From Folioceros fuciformis (lineage: Eukaryota): DNA of 62,396 bases. Positions within the stretch are counted from its first letter, which is position 1. Each line of letters begins with the position of its first letter. A program made the position numbers and the translations under genes. Below, piece by piece: positions 41,080 to 54,020 of the stretch. The notes beneath the pieces were generated by a model. The model was not told the origin of the DNA and ran no database searches. It saw only the letters and a program-made list of their open reading frames with translations. The stretch is taken from assembly GCA_049999805.1 (NCBI GenBank), contig JBNGIO010006328.1:93626-156021 (forward strand). Reading direction: 5' to 3'.

Positions 41080-44000
41080 TGATAGTAAGTATATATCTAA
41101 CTAACTATCAGTTAGAGCACAGGTCCTAGGTTAGGTTTAGCTGACGGTTAATAACCGTTTGTCGCGTGCATGTGACACCGACCGTGTAAGACATTCAACA
41201 CAATGCTATCAGCTTCCGCCTACTCGTGCCCCTCGCGTGATCTTAGACTTGTCATGGTATCAGAGCAGGAATCTTTTTGATTCATGATCTGGTCCAAGCG
41301 ATTACGCTCATGCTATGCCTGGAATTTTTTGCATTCTTGTGAGAAGTTCCTTTGTTGACGCCTAGCGTTTACAGCGCAGTCTACTCTTCTTGATTCCCTA
41401 TCTACTCTGCGAGGTAGCAATGCATTGTTGGCTCTTTTACAAGATCTGAGCGCTGCAGTCCGAGTTGCGCCGCTGTTACAAGTGCGTTCAGGCGTTTCCC
41501 TCCTGGACAATGTTAGTAGCAGTAGCACAAGGTCAGCAACCATGCCTGGTTTTAGAAAGCGCCAACGATTAGCAAGAAGAGCACAACGATTGCATGAATT
41601 GCGTGACTGGGACACAACGAGTGAGGAAGCTTACATGCGGACCCTCGCCCCCACACGCTGGGAACAAGTATGGATTAAAGTTTGCATAATCCTTGATCTC
41701 ATGGCAACAAATGTCGTCCAAGGTTCTCCTGCATTAGATGGTGATGACTGGAGCAGCGTCAACGTCTCTGACCTTGTTTGACTAAAATGCTGCTCCCCTC
41801 CAGTAAGGAAGTCCTTCATTTGCATTTTCCAATAACAGCAGGAGAAGCGTGGTTGCACTTGCACTATCATGTAACGAAATTATTTTCCAGAGCACAAGCA
41901 CAAGAGCCCTTGTACATTCTAAGGCAGTATACTTCCCATATTTTGTTCAGAATCCAAACTGAACATGCTCTGGATATGCCCTGCAAGTTGAAGGTGGCCC
42001 TAGAAGTTTGTGAAGAGCAAAACGCATCACCATCCTGCAAAGCAAACTGGCTGTTAGTGCAGCCCTAAGCTATCCTATCTACCATGGCTCAAACAGCAGG
42101 CTACCCCTACTACACCTGCAATCAGCATCCCCAAAGAAGATAAATTCGATGGGGAGAATTACCATGTCTGGAAAAAGAGCATGGAGGAGATTCTTAAGTC
42201 CAGAAAACTCTAGGCTTACGTACATGGCACTGGCACACCTCTTGTGCCAACACCAAGGCCTGGTGCAACTGCTACGCCAGAAGAAGTTGCCCAATGGGAT
42301 GAGGCAGACCAACTGGCGAGGACCCCACTGCATTTTAGTGTGCGGAGCAGTCACACCGGTGTTTTCCAAGGAGCTGAGGAGAACGCCGCAGCCTGGTGGA
42401 TACAAGTCAATATACTGTACGACTCTAGAGATCTCATGCTGCAAACTTTTGTTCTTAAACAATTTATGAGCCTAAAAATGAAGGAATCCGACCCAGTGGA
42501 CAAACATGTCCTCGACTTTCGAAATGCGAGAGCAAAGATGGTGTCGGCAGGATTTAACCTTGAGGAGGAGCTACTTGCTTGCGTTCTCCTAAACATACTG
42601 CCAGAAACATGGACAAGTGTTGTCCAAGGTTTACAAGATGTAAGACCCCATCTCAGTAAATCGGGTCATAGCTGCAATGCTCACAGAGGAGTCGAGGAGA
42701 AAGATTGCACATACCACTTTGTCTACTGCAGGAGACAGAGCTCTTTGGACTAGCAGGCTTGGTAGAGGCCGGGGACGTGGGCGTCCCTTCACGAGAGGCA
42801 GGGGCAGAGGTAGAGGCATGCCCCCTAGGCCTCAAGGATTTAGCACAGGCAAATCCAAACCCCCATGTGGGTTCTGTGGCATGACTAACCATACTTGGGA
42901 AGTATGCCGTAAGCGTCTTGGATAAGAAGGCGGTTAGTCAGGGCACTTGGCAATGACTATGCAGAAGTACTCATGAGCGTTCAGTACCATTGTGGTCCCA
43001 GTAGCGAATGTGGCTCTCGGAGATGATCATAGCTTCCCTTTGTGTAACGTCGCCACATGCTTTGCCAGCCATTCGGAGCACACTTGGTACATTGACAGTG
43101 GGGCTTCGCAGCATATGACCCCTCACGCTGCCTACTTTACCGACATCAAGGAGAGTAGCCCTGCAAAATACGTTTGTTTAGGAGACAATTCTCAGCATCC
43201 TATTCAAGGACAAGGCACAATTCAGCTTGACTTGCGACCAAACCAGCACTTGGAAATTCCAGACGTCCTTTATGTGCCTGGCCTTGCTAAGAACCTTGTT
43301 TCTGTCAGAAAGATAGATTAGTCAGGATGCTATGTCTGTTTTGGTGAGGGGAGATGCATTGTCAAGACCAAAGAGGGTACACTCTTAGCAACTGGCCACC
43401 TGAAGGAGGACGACTTGTATCATCTTGATATGAAGGCTGAGCAAGCATATGCTGCTACCCCTAGTGCACATTTTGCACATCCCTCATTGACGTACCTGTG
43501 GCATCTCCGCTTGGGTCACGTCAACTTCAACAAGCTCGTCAACATGTACAAGGATCAGCTCATTGACGGCATTTAGCTTGACATCCTCCAGGATTTCGGG
43601 GTCTGCGAAGCATGTGTCCTAGGCAAACACAAGCAGGCGCCGTTCCCTATAGGGCAAGCAACCAGAGCCACAACCGCATTAGAGCTCGTACATACAAATG
43701 TGTGTGGCAAACTGCCAACTTCATTAGGAGGCAAGGAGTACTTTACCACCTTCATAGATGATTACACTCGATTTTGTGTAGTATACTTCCTGAAGTATAA
43801 GTCGGAGACTTTTGCTTGCTTTGTGGAGTACAAAGCCTGGGCTGAAACCCAAACTGGCCACCGTCTGAAAGCTATAAGATCTGACAATGGAGGTGAATAC
43901 CTATCTGGCGAGGTTGTTTCTTTCTGCAAGACCCACGGCATTAGCAAGCAATAGACAAATGCACACACACCCCAACAGAATGGGGTTTCGGAGAACAAAA

Positions 44001-46789
44001 ATCAGTCACTGGAGACCTCTGCATCCAGTATGCTGCACTATGCAAACTTGCCTAAGTGCTATTGGGCCGAAGCAGTGGCCTATGCAGCATATATCCAGAA
44101 CCGCATTGCCCACAAATCGGTGAAGGGCAAGACACCTTACGAGCTGTGGACAGGACGTAAGCCGAACCTCTCATATCTTCGGGTGTTTGGATCCACAGTC
44201 TACGCTCAGGTGCATAAGGATCTGCGGAAGAAATTCGAGCCTAAGTCAACTTCATCTATTTTTGTTGGCTTCACCGAGGTCATCAAAGGTTATAAAATCT
44301 TGGACAAGCGGACACGAAGAATTACCCATACACGGGATGTTGTGTTCGTGGAAGGAGTGGAGTCCCAGCAGCCAGTGGGAGCTCCCCCTGAATTGTCCGA
44401 TTCGGATGCTGACTCCGCAGGAGAGGCGGAGGAGATCATGGTCGGACAACTCCCAGTGCCTCTTCCTGTTGCGCCAGCTGCACATCTGCAGCAACCTGCA
44501 CATCAGCAGCATATAGTACCTCAGCATCAAACAGTCCAAGGGGCGGCTCCCAGACCACCTGTACCTGCACACTCACCTCATGTCCAAATGCCCCTGAGGA
44601 CTCCCGGCAGGCCTGTGAGCAATAGGAGTCTGTTTGACTCACCATTTGCTGGGTCCCTTAACTTCGAGGAGCCTGAGATCGTCATTCCCTCGGCTCCACC
44701 TGAAGGTCAGCATAGGAGGCATGCAAAACACACTCATCTTGAGCCTCGGCATTCCTCCAGACATCACAAGCCTCCGGATACCTATGTCTCTGAAGATTTC
44801 CGACATTCAAAATCTCATTTGACATACTGTCTAGCAGCCAACACTGTACTGTATGAGCCACCCACATATGAGGATGCATTGAGCTGCCCAGATGCGGAGC
44901 ATTGGCATGCAGCCATACCATCAGAGCTGGCTTCTTTGTACGAAAATAATACATGGACGATTGACAGTCTGCCTGTGGACAGGAAGCAAGTGGGCAGCAA
45001 GTGGGTGTTCAAAATAAAACTCAAGGCTGATGGGAGCATAGCAAGGCACAAAGCCAGAGTTGTAGCCAAGGGGTATTCTCAAATACCTGGTGTGGATTAC
45101 GACGACACATTCAGTCCGGTGGTGAAGCTGACCACCCTACGCATGTTTGTAGCCCTGGCTGCAGTCAACAATCTTGAGTTGGAGCAGCTAGACGTGACCA
45201 CAGCCTTTCTGTATGGGAACCTACAGGAAGAGATTTTTATGCAGGTTCCCCCGGGAGTGCCAATATCTGCAGGCACCCCTCGTCCAGTCTGTCGGCTTCA
45301 GAAAACATTATATGGTTTAAAACAAAGTCCCCGAGCCTGGTTTGAGAGAATAGACACTTACCTGAAGGAGCTCGCGTATGCAAGCCTGCATGTCGACAAC
45401 AATGCATATGTAAAACGGGAAGGCACTGACTTTCTAGCCCTAGCAATTTACGTGGATGATATAATCTTGCTAAGCAGCTCTATGCGCATGATCTATGAAT
45501 TGAAGGAGCAGTTAAGAAGAACTTTCAAAATCACAGAAGCAGGGGCACTTGCCTACTGCTTAGGTATGCAGCTTTAGCGAAACAGAACTGCAGGGACAAT
45601 CTTCTTACACCAACATAAATATGCCCTTCAGATCCTAGCAAGGTACGGAATGTCTGCATTTCCTATTGCTATGCCAGTGGAGCAGAATGTGAAATATACA
45701 CAGCAAATTGGAGACATACCTGAAGAAGACCTGCAATGCATTGAACTGTATCCATCAATGAATGGGAGTGTGATGCACCTGATGATTGGTAGCAGGCCTG
45801 ACCTAGCTTTTTGTTCAGGCCTGACATCTCACTTTGTTTCAAATCCAAACAAGCAGCATGGAGAACTGATGACCAAGGTATATCGCTATATCTCTGCAAC
45901 AGCTGATTGGGGCATCTTGTACAGCTCCAGGGAGAAGGATGCACTACGATTGGTGGTGCACAGTGACGCTGACTGGGCCGGGGACCCAGACAGCCAGAGA
46001 AGTATCTCCAGTTATGTAACTATCTTGGCAGAAGGAGCCATCTCCTGGAGCAGCAGAAAACAGCCCTCGATCGCTCTATCATCAACTGAGGCAGAGTATA
46101 AAAGCTTAACAGAGGCATGTTAGGAGGTTACCTAGTCAGTGGGAGCTTTGACGGAGCTCAGCATCAATCAGCAACTTCCAATCAATCTTCTTTGTGACAA
46201 CTAGAGCGCAATAGCGCTGACTATGAACCCTTGCTTTCATGCGAGATCAAAGCATATCGAAATTGAGCATCACTATATCCGGCAGACTGTAGCTCAAGGT
46301 TTGGTGAGAATTTCATACTGCCCCACTGCTGAAATGACTGCAGACCTATTGACCAAAGCGCTCGGGCGCATCAAGCATTACGAGCACTCGAGCAACATGG
46401 GGCTGCGATCTGCAGGCAAGCCATTGAGCTGGAGCAAGGTGCCGGATCGGCGGATCAGCTGGAGGAACGAAGACTGAAGACCTTTCAAGCTAGTTTTAGG
46501 GTTGACGAGTTTCTTTGCTGGCGTAGAAGTTTCTTTAGTTTAGATAAGCGTTTCTTTAGCTAATAGACCTATAAACGACTATAAACTAACCATCGCTAAC
46601 ACTAAGACCTGAGTGGGAGTGATAGTAAGTATACATCTAACTCACTATCAGTTAGAGCACAGGTCCTAGGTTAGGTTTAGCTGACGGTTAATAACCGTTT
46701 GTCGAGTGCATGTGACACCAACCATGTAAGACATTCAACACAATCAGCTTCCGCCTACTCGTGCCCCTCGCGTGATCTTAGACTTGTGA
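41080..46789 (+). mobile_element. Ty1/Copia LTR retrotransposon (inner, younger) nested in the RT of the outer element; LTRs 41080-41254 and 46620-46789
   Basis: TG...CA 5' LTR; PBS TGGTATCAGAGC at 41255-41266; PPT gagtgggag; TSD ataag/gtaag; the LTRs differ by 6 substitutions plus a 5-bp indel. Confidence 0.96.
42084..46477 (+). pseudogene. Copia gag-pol of the inner element (nonsense-disrupted)
   Basis: KFDGENYHVW gag, CGFCGMTNHTWEVC knuckle, WYIDSGASQHM protease, IRSDNGGEY integrase, LEQLDVTTAFL/YVDD RT and SDADWAGD RNase H; about ten in-frame stops plus frameshifts. Confidence 0.93.
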
Positions 46790-49700
46790 GTAAGTTCCAT
46801 CTCTTCTATTTCTTCTAGTGTCACAAGGCTATCTTCTATAGACACCTTCTCACCTGTAGCTATGGGTGTATTGACGGGTCTGGCTTCTTTAAGGTTGATC
46901 CTGTCGAAGAGTTGGTCTACATAGTACTGCTGGTGGATGAAGAAAGAATGATCTGTGGGATTTCTCTCGAACTAGACGCCTAAAGCATACTTGAGGGGTC
47001 CTATGTCTACGATCTCATACTTCTTGGCTTACAAGTCCTTAACATACTGGATGATTTGGGGACAGCTACCAAAGATGAAATTGTCGTCAACGTATAGAGT
47101 AATGATGACGAAATGCTCCTTCTGCCTAAGGAGATAAACGCTGGGATCAGCAGCTAAAGGTGAGAATCTAGACTTCTTCAAGTACAAGTTTATAGTTTCA
47201 TTCCATACCTGAGCAGATTGTTTGAATCCATAGAGTGATTTCATGAGTTTACAGACCTTTTTGTTGTCCTTGATGTAGCCAGGGTGCTGGAACATGTAAA
47301 TGTCTTTGCTCAACGTACTATATAGGAAAGCAGTTTTTACGTCGACTTAACGGATGTCCGGATGGTAATGAGCTACTAGTGCCAAGAGTATCCTTATAGA
47401 TGTTGATTTCACCACAGGGTTGTAGAGCCGATTTTCTTCACAGTCGAAGCCAGGAACTTGGCTGAAGCCTCTGGCGACTAGCCTTGCCTTGTATCTTGTG
47501 ACTGTCCCGTTTGGATTCAACTTCCTCCTGAATGTCCACTTACAAGATATGGGTTAGCGATCTGGAGGTAAGTCGATCAGTATCCACGTTTTGCTGGCAA
47601 TCTATGAGTCATATTCAAACTTAGCTGCAGCAGTCCATTCTGGGGTCTTGAATGCTTCCTTAATGGACTGAGGAACGTCTTGCATTTAGATTGCCGACAT
47701 TGCTTGATATAAGGCCACATTGACCTGATGAGTATGCTACTGTTGCTGTTGCACGTCCTCTAGAGCTAGAGTCGGGGCAGCGGGAGCAGGAGCTCTGCCT
47801 GTGATTGAGACTCTAGTCCAGTGATAGATATCCTTCCAGCTGGATGGAGGAGGACGATGACAGGTAGACCGTCTACTTGGGGGTTCAACAGGCTCAATAG
47901 GTAAGGGTTGCTCCAATGCAGGATGCTGGTTAGGTTCTGGATGTCAGGTAAGAGAGGTTCTGGGAATTCTTGTTCAAGCTGACCTATGGTGTCTGGTGAT
48001 GGTACTGGTGCAGGTTGTACAGGTGGTGGAGCGGGGACTAGTGGCTGGATGACTGGTGCTTGAGTTGGGGCTGGAGGCATGGCTTGTGGTGAAATCGGAT
48101 GACCTGTTTGGCCTTGCACATCTACATATTCGTAATCTGTTGGGTTATAAGTGTCCCCCTCAAGGTCAGAAAAGGAAGAAGGTGAATAACCGTGAAGACT
48201 GGGAGCGGGGAGAGTTGTTGAGCTGGACACGAATTGTAGATAAGTATGAAGCAAGGTGGCTTCATGGAAATAAACGCTACGGGATAGGGTTACCTGACAA
48301 GTTGATGGATCAATCAGGCGATAGGCCTTAGATTGGTCAGAGTAACCAATAAACAACAGCTTCTTACTTTTGTCGTCCCATTTCTTGCGCAGGTCAACTG
48401 GAATGTGGGCGAATGCTGGGCTGCCGAAAATGCGGAGATGAGATATGCGGGGCTTATGTGCTGTCCAATGCTCATAGGGTGTGACATTTGGAAGCTCCTT
48501 TGTCGGCAGTCTGTTCTTGATATAGTTGGTTGTTGAGATGGCTTCGGCCCAATATCCTTGNNNNNNNNNNNNNNNNNNNNNNNNNNNNNNNNNNNNNNNN
48601 NNNNNNNNNNNNNNNNNNNNNNNNNNNNNNNNNNNNNNNNNNNNNNNNNNNNNNNNNNNNGCCCAATATCCTTGTGTGAAGCCTGCCAGCTTGAGCAACG
48701 ATCGAGATATCTCCAGCAAAGATTTGTTCAGTCTTTCTACAAAAGGGTTTTGTGCTGGTGTGTATCATACTGTCAGCTGCTAGGTGATGCCCTTAGATGT
48801 ACAGTATGCCTGAAAAGAGTGGCTGATGTACTCTCCAGCATTGTCAGTTCTGAGGGTACTGACTGGAAGTCCAGTGTGCCATTCTTCCATGGCAACAAAC
48901 TCCTGAAAGCACTGAAGGCCTTCATCCTTGCGCTTAAGGAAGTATATGTGGCAATATCGACTCCATTCATCTAGAAAAGTAAGAAAATATGAGTGACTGC
49001 CAAAAGAGGATGTGCTCATGGGGTCACAGATGTCCGAATGAACAACTTCAAGCAGGCGTTTGGCTCTCGTAGGTAAGGGATCATTGAATGGTAGCTGGTT
49101 TAGTTTGGTGTACTGACAGATTTCGCAGTATAAATTAGAAGAGAGCTTTGATGGTATTGGGTCTCTGTACATTGTAGGGTTGGATAAGGAATTCAGATAG
49201 TGGGCACTCGTGTGGCCAGCTCGGCAGTGGCAGAGGAGGGAATTTGATTTGGATAGAGACCTAGGGGCTAACTTTTGAGTGTCTACCAGCAGTGAAGTTG
49301 ACTGAATGTTGAGGAGATAAAGATCATTGTATGGGAGACAATGTGCAAGAATAGTTTTAGACGGGTCACTGAATCTGTGAATGAGGCAGTGGTTACTCTG
49401 AAAGGTGATGACAAGGTTGTGTTCAGTAGCTAGCTTTCGAACTGATAGAAGGTTCTTTGTCATGTAGGGGACGTGCAGGACTTCGGTGATGAGGAGGCTT
49501 TCTCCGTTCGACAGCTGTAGTGAGACGTTGCTAGTGCTTGCTACAGCCAGGGCGCTATTGTCTCCTAGGAGGACATGCTGGTCTGCAGGTGAATCGTGGT
49601 AAGATTCGAAAGCTTCTTTGCTACTGCAGATATGCGTAGTTGCTCCAGAGTCCAGGAACCATCTATTTTCATCCGTTCTTGTGAGTATTAAGCATACAGC

Positions 49701-51450
49701 AAGAACAGGAGTTGGGGAATCTGACTTCGTGCAGGTGTAATGTGATTCGTTGCGAGGTGATTTGCCACGAGGTTCGCCAGCAAGCTTCTTTCTGCAATCG
49801 TTTTTCAAGTGCCTAGGAATGCGGCACCAGTTGCACGGGCCCTTTGTCCTGCGATTGGGTAGCTTGTTGCTGCCAAAAAGTGGTTGCATGGAGGGCCTTC
49901 GTGCCTGAAAGTTACCGCGGCCGCCACCTCTCCTGGCGCCACGTCCTCTTAATGTGAAGAGTGCATGAGTGCTGGATGGACCTGCCTTGTGGCTCATGGA
50001 TTTGCTGGATTCCTCCTCAAAAAGAGATGCAACCACCTTAGTAAATGTGTAAGTGGATTACTAACCTCCTGCCGTTGCAAGGGTTGCCGCACGAATTGTT
50101 GAATTCTGCACACTAATAAATGTCTTGTATGCAGGCGGTAGAGAGGTTAGAAGGGCTAATGTGGCTTGATGTTTGGAGATAATGGTACCTCTTAAGGCTA
50201 GCTTTGCTCTGAGGGATCGGAACACATTCACATGTTGTTCGACCGTATCCAAGTCTTTCATTCTAAGTGAATAAAACTGTCTTGTTGTATTGATTAGGGA
50301 CATGCTACTTTGGGCTTGAAACATGTCTTTGAAAGTCCTCCAGATGGCATTGGAAGTGGCTTCCCCACTTGTGTGGTGCATCATACTCTTGTCAATGGAA
50401 GAAATCATGATGCTACGGGCAAGCTTGTCCTTCTTGGTCCACTGCAACCTAATCAGAAGTTGCAGGGGGATTGGATGTGGTGGAAGGTTGGGCGACAGTA
50501 CCATCGACTATCCCCATGAGGTCATGCTCCTCTAGCAGCGCAGTGATGCGCATTTGCTAGGTGTCGTAGTCGCTTCCTGTGAAGCGGTCTCGATCTCTAA
50601 ACTCTACCTTGGTTGTATTTAGAATTTGAGCCATGGGCGTACGCTGTGCAAGATAGGTGAGTTTCTTAGCAAGCAACTTGGTTGTATGCTGACCTAGTGG
50701 GTTGAAATGAGTCATTCGCCTACTCAGAGTGCATCTGATTCGTTGTTTGTGTTTGTTGGAGATAGCCACAAGAAGTGCCTCCATCTGCGATTTGATTAGC
50801 ACTAACTGACTCTTAAGGTAATCCTTGGAGGAGGTCGAGGGATTACGGAACATTGGAGAGGTCTCGCTGCTGCGGTGTGTAGGTAGGATCGTCCCTCTAT
50901 GAATTCTTGATGGGCCTCTAACTTCGGGTGGAGGACTTGATTGGCTGACGAAGGTGTCTACGCATCAGGTGTAGGTGCGTTTCGGTGGTGTTACTGGTCT
51001 TGGGTAGCGGGGCTGCGTGATAGCGATCCTTCTTGGAGAATTTCTGCTCGAGGATTAGCTGGCTGGGGCTCGGCACCGAGTCAAGGTAGAAGACTTAGGA
51101 TCGTTGAAGGTTGCCGCCGTTGCTCCGGGTGCACGCCATGTCGGGTGGCTGTGGAAAGCCAAGCGCGAGGCGTATGTGCGAAGCCAAATGGGGCGTGACT
51201 CCTCTACTCTGATACCATAAAGTGGGGCGCAAGTCCTGAGGAAAGGATGATTTTCATTGATGAAATGGGCATATTTATACATGTATTGATTGCAGTTATA
51301 ATTGCTCTCATTATAATAACTAGTCCAATAATCGTTAAGGTTAAGTGTAGTGATTTCCATCTACCACGTTCTAGTTGTGATTAAAACCTACACATGTGAA
51401 CCGTGCCCTAAACGACGCTCCCAGTGTAGTCGGCGTACAAGGTCACAACA

Positions 51451-52071
51451 GGTCCTATTGATGATGTTCTATTAGGGAACATTGCATTGCCACCTATGAT
51501 GTAGTTTGGGATGTGATGTTCTCAATGGCTAGGAAGTGTGGTTTTTCTTCCATACAATGAGTGTCCATATACTTTTGTGCAATTGTGTTGCACTTAGAGT
51601 TGGCATTCTTTTCAAAAGGGAGAACAAGTTCGTGTTGTTGATGTGGTTGTCATAAATTCTAGTAGGGACTCGACTTGCGACATCATTATCAACCCCTCTA
51701 AATGGGCAACAAAGGGTTGTGCGACTAGTAAAGTCCATAAGTATCCTCTCTTGCAAGACAGACATGTTTTCACTCTAATTGATCTTGAGACCCATGGGGT
51801 TGTGGGCAAGGACTTTTCAAGGCTCATGAAGGAGTGTGCAACAATTTATTATGGTCATAGGAACAGAATTCTTCCTATTTCATTGGTGGTGGCCTTCTTT
51901 CCACAATGTGTTGCAAGGCCTTTGCAAGGTGTGTTGGCCAATGCGATCATCAGAATAGCAAGAAGTGGAAGTCAAGCATCTTCTTCGGCACCAATAGTAA
52001 GCAGGCATTTTGTTATTTCATATATTTTGGGAGTATTAGATAATTTTGGAAATCATATTCGAAGGTCCTAA
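51451..52071 (+). mobile_element. RLE/CRE-like non-LTR retrotransposon relic, 3' part (zinc knuckle and restriction-like endonuclease)
   Basis: ...CSIREHCIATYDVVWDVMFSMARKCG..., then ATSKVHKYPLLQDRHVFTLIDLETHGVVG...AFFPQCVARPLQGVLANAI, matching the RLE C-terminal pattern KxxKY..FxPxAxETxG..G..QRxSxALQRxNA. Confidence 0.7.
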
Positions 52072-52282
52072 TCCCCAAGCATTTTTTAATTTCATATCAC
52101 AATATTTTGGGAGCAATATATAATTTGGGGAATGATTTTCAAATGGGCTAGTCCTTATTTTTAGCTTGTGGCCCTCTTTGGGGTTTCCTCCTCATCTTCG
52201 AGCTTCATGGAATTTTCCCTATCTCTTATAATACATATGCCACTTACTCTTAGCTACTAGAATCAAAAGTCCAATTCTTTCT

Positions 52283-53131
52283 TGTAAGGAGTGATACAAG
52301 ACAAGCTGTCTATGAGTAGGTTTAAGAGGTTACGACAAGTTTATGACTTATTGGTTTATTGATAACAGCTTGAGAAGATGCATGTATATACACTAGATTA
52401 GATAGGGAGGAAGTGAAGCTTGGAACGATGGCAGACGGAATTTCTTTTATCGTAACATACATTATGAGATTAAAAAATGTACATTACACGAGTGGTGCAG
52501 TAACAACGCTGGTTTAAGTGCCAAGCAAGTAAGCTCCATGCAAAGGCATGTTTAGCAGAGCAGGTTACTAAGAGCATGAGAAGCATGCAGCCCTAGGAAA
52601 AAGTGTGTGGTAGTGAATAATAGCTTAAGGCTTAAGTAAGTGCTTAAGTCAGTAGTTGCTAAGTTAGTGACTTGAGCTTGTGTATAAAAGGGGACCTAGC
52701 CAAGGGCTAAGGCAAGTTCAGTAAAGTGGAGTTGAGATCAATATCTCCTCAAAGCCTTGAGAGCACTGGGTGCTTAGGCTATGCCTTGAGAGCATGTGTT
52801 GCTTGGGCTGTAAGAGCACATGAAAGGTGCTGTGAAGGAGGTCAAGAGAATGGAGAGCTAAACTCCTAGCTTAGGCAAAGAAGGTCAAGAGAATGAAGAA
52901 CTAAACTCCTAGCTTAGGCAAAGATGGGGAGTTCTCTCTGGCCCTCCTGCTTTGTATGTTCTTGTTGACTCGTGATTTGAGTAAAGAGCAACAGCAAGAG
53001 TGCTAGCTGCGAGCAACAGCAAGAGTGCGAGTCCTCCTAGAAGAGGAGGGCGGGCTACTAGGAGGCCTAGTGCTGTGTCCGGTGGCTTCTAACTACGTGG
53101 TTCTGCCCCACCCCGTTGAAGGGGGTGTTAC
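52283..53131 (+). mobile_element. Probable solo LTR or LTR remnant (Gypsy-like)
   Basis: Starts TGTAAGG and ends GGGGGTGTTAC; has a TATAAAAG box at ~52684 and internal tandem duplications (ggtcaagagaat...cttaggcaaaga x2; gagcaacagcaagagtgc x2). No TSD was found. Confidence 0.45.
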
Positions 53132-54020
53132 TGGTGCGGCTCAAATGTAAGTGGGCGAAAAGGTCCCAGAATCGCCTTCAAAAAAGAGTTGAAACTTAGC
53201 TTCACTTAACTTGACTTAACTCAACTCAACTTAACTTAACTTAAGACTTAGGATCGCGTGCAAGTATGCGCCTAGCGTGTTTCACAGGCGCACGGATGTA
53301 CCCTCCACTCAGCTACACTTTCCACAACTCAAATTCCATGCAGAGATCAGCCACTGCCCAGCGGACACGACGGAAACTCGAAATGAGGATCTCGGAGATT
53401 GTACACTGTGTTCCCTCCATTCATGATTTGTCTCAGTAGTGTTTGGGTGAACACTGACTACATAGTCGGTCAACTCCATTGGTTTTTGGATGAATTTTGA
53501 CTTATGTAGTCGGTCAAAAGCGTAGACTCAAACCCATCGGAGGACCTTCAAGTTAGGACCTTCATTGTGACCAAGATAAGCTCATCGCAGAAAATATCAT
53601 ACTGATACAGAGCTCCTGGAAGACTACCAACTACCTAGTATTTCCCTTTCATCACCAGCTGTTATCCATTCCACACAATTGGTGGGATTCTCGCCTCAAG
53701 AGTCAAACACTTCAGCTTACAGCTGCACTACAAACCCAAGTTAAAAAAATCTGTAACTTACGCCTGATACCTTACTTCTGTGCAAGACAGGAAAGTGACA
53801 AACATTATCTTTCCCACGTCTTCAGAGTCCTCCGTCTCTGTCCATGCTGCTAAATGTACATCATCAGTTCCAGGAGATGCCACTAAATGCACTCTCAATT
53901 CATACCCACAATTCAAGGAGCAAATGATCGGATACTGGAAGTTCCTGATACGTTCTAATATCCGAGAATTTGCTCCCGGAACAATCTAAGAAGACATGGT
54001 CAGACTGGCGAACAACAGGT

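Larger units (their letters stand above)
39627..51450 (-). mobile_element. Ty1/Copia LTR retrotransposon (outer, older); 233-bp LTRs at 51218-51450 (5') and 39627-39859 (3')
   Basis: LTRs are about 90% identical by manual alignment; TSD ggtcc at 39622-39626 and 51451-51455; PBS TGGTATCAGAG at 51207-51217; PPT at 39860-39869; gag-PR(WFLDSGAT)-IN(VHSDIC, LRTDNAGEY)-RT(YVDD)-RH order on the minus strand with many stops. Confidence 0.95.

Noticed and set aside
42200-46210. TAG/TAA stops in Copia repaired by U-to-C editing, given the nearby DYW:KP-like gene
   Set aside because: That editing is organellar; several stops derive from TGG and frameshifts are also present, so decay explains them.
48541-48680. 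Short direct repeats flanking N gaps (gcccaatatccttg here; ttttctcatgaaaca at 40071-40201)
   Set aside because: Overlapping contig ends around placeholder 100-N gaps: an assembly artefact, not a TSD.
53454-53516. Short inverted repeat (tgactacatagtc / gacttatgtagtcg) and the nearby (AACTT)n tract
   Set aside because: Too short and imperfect to call a MITE or an RNA hairpin.
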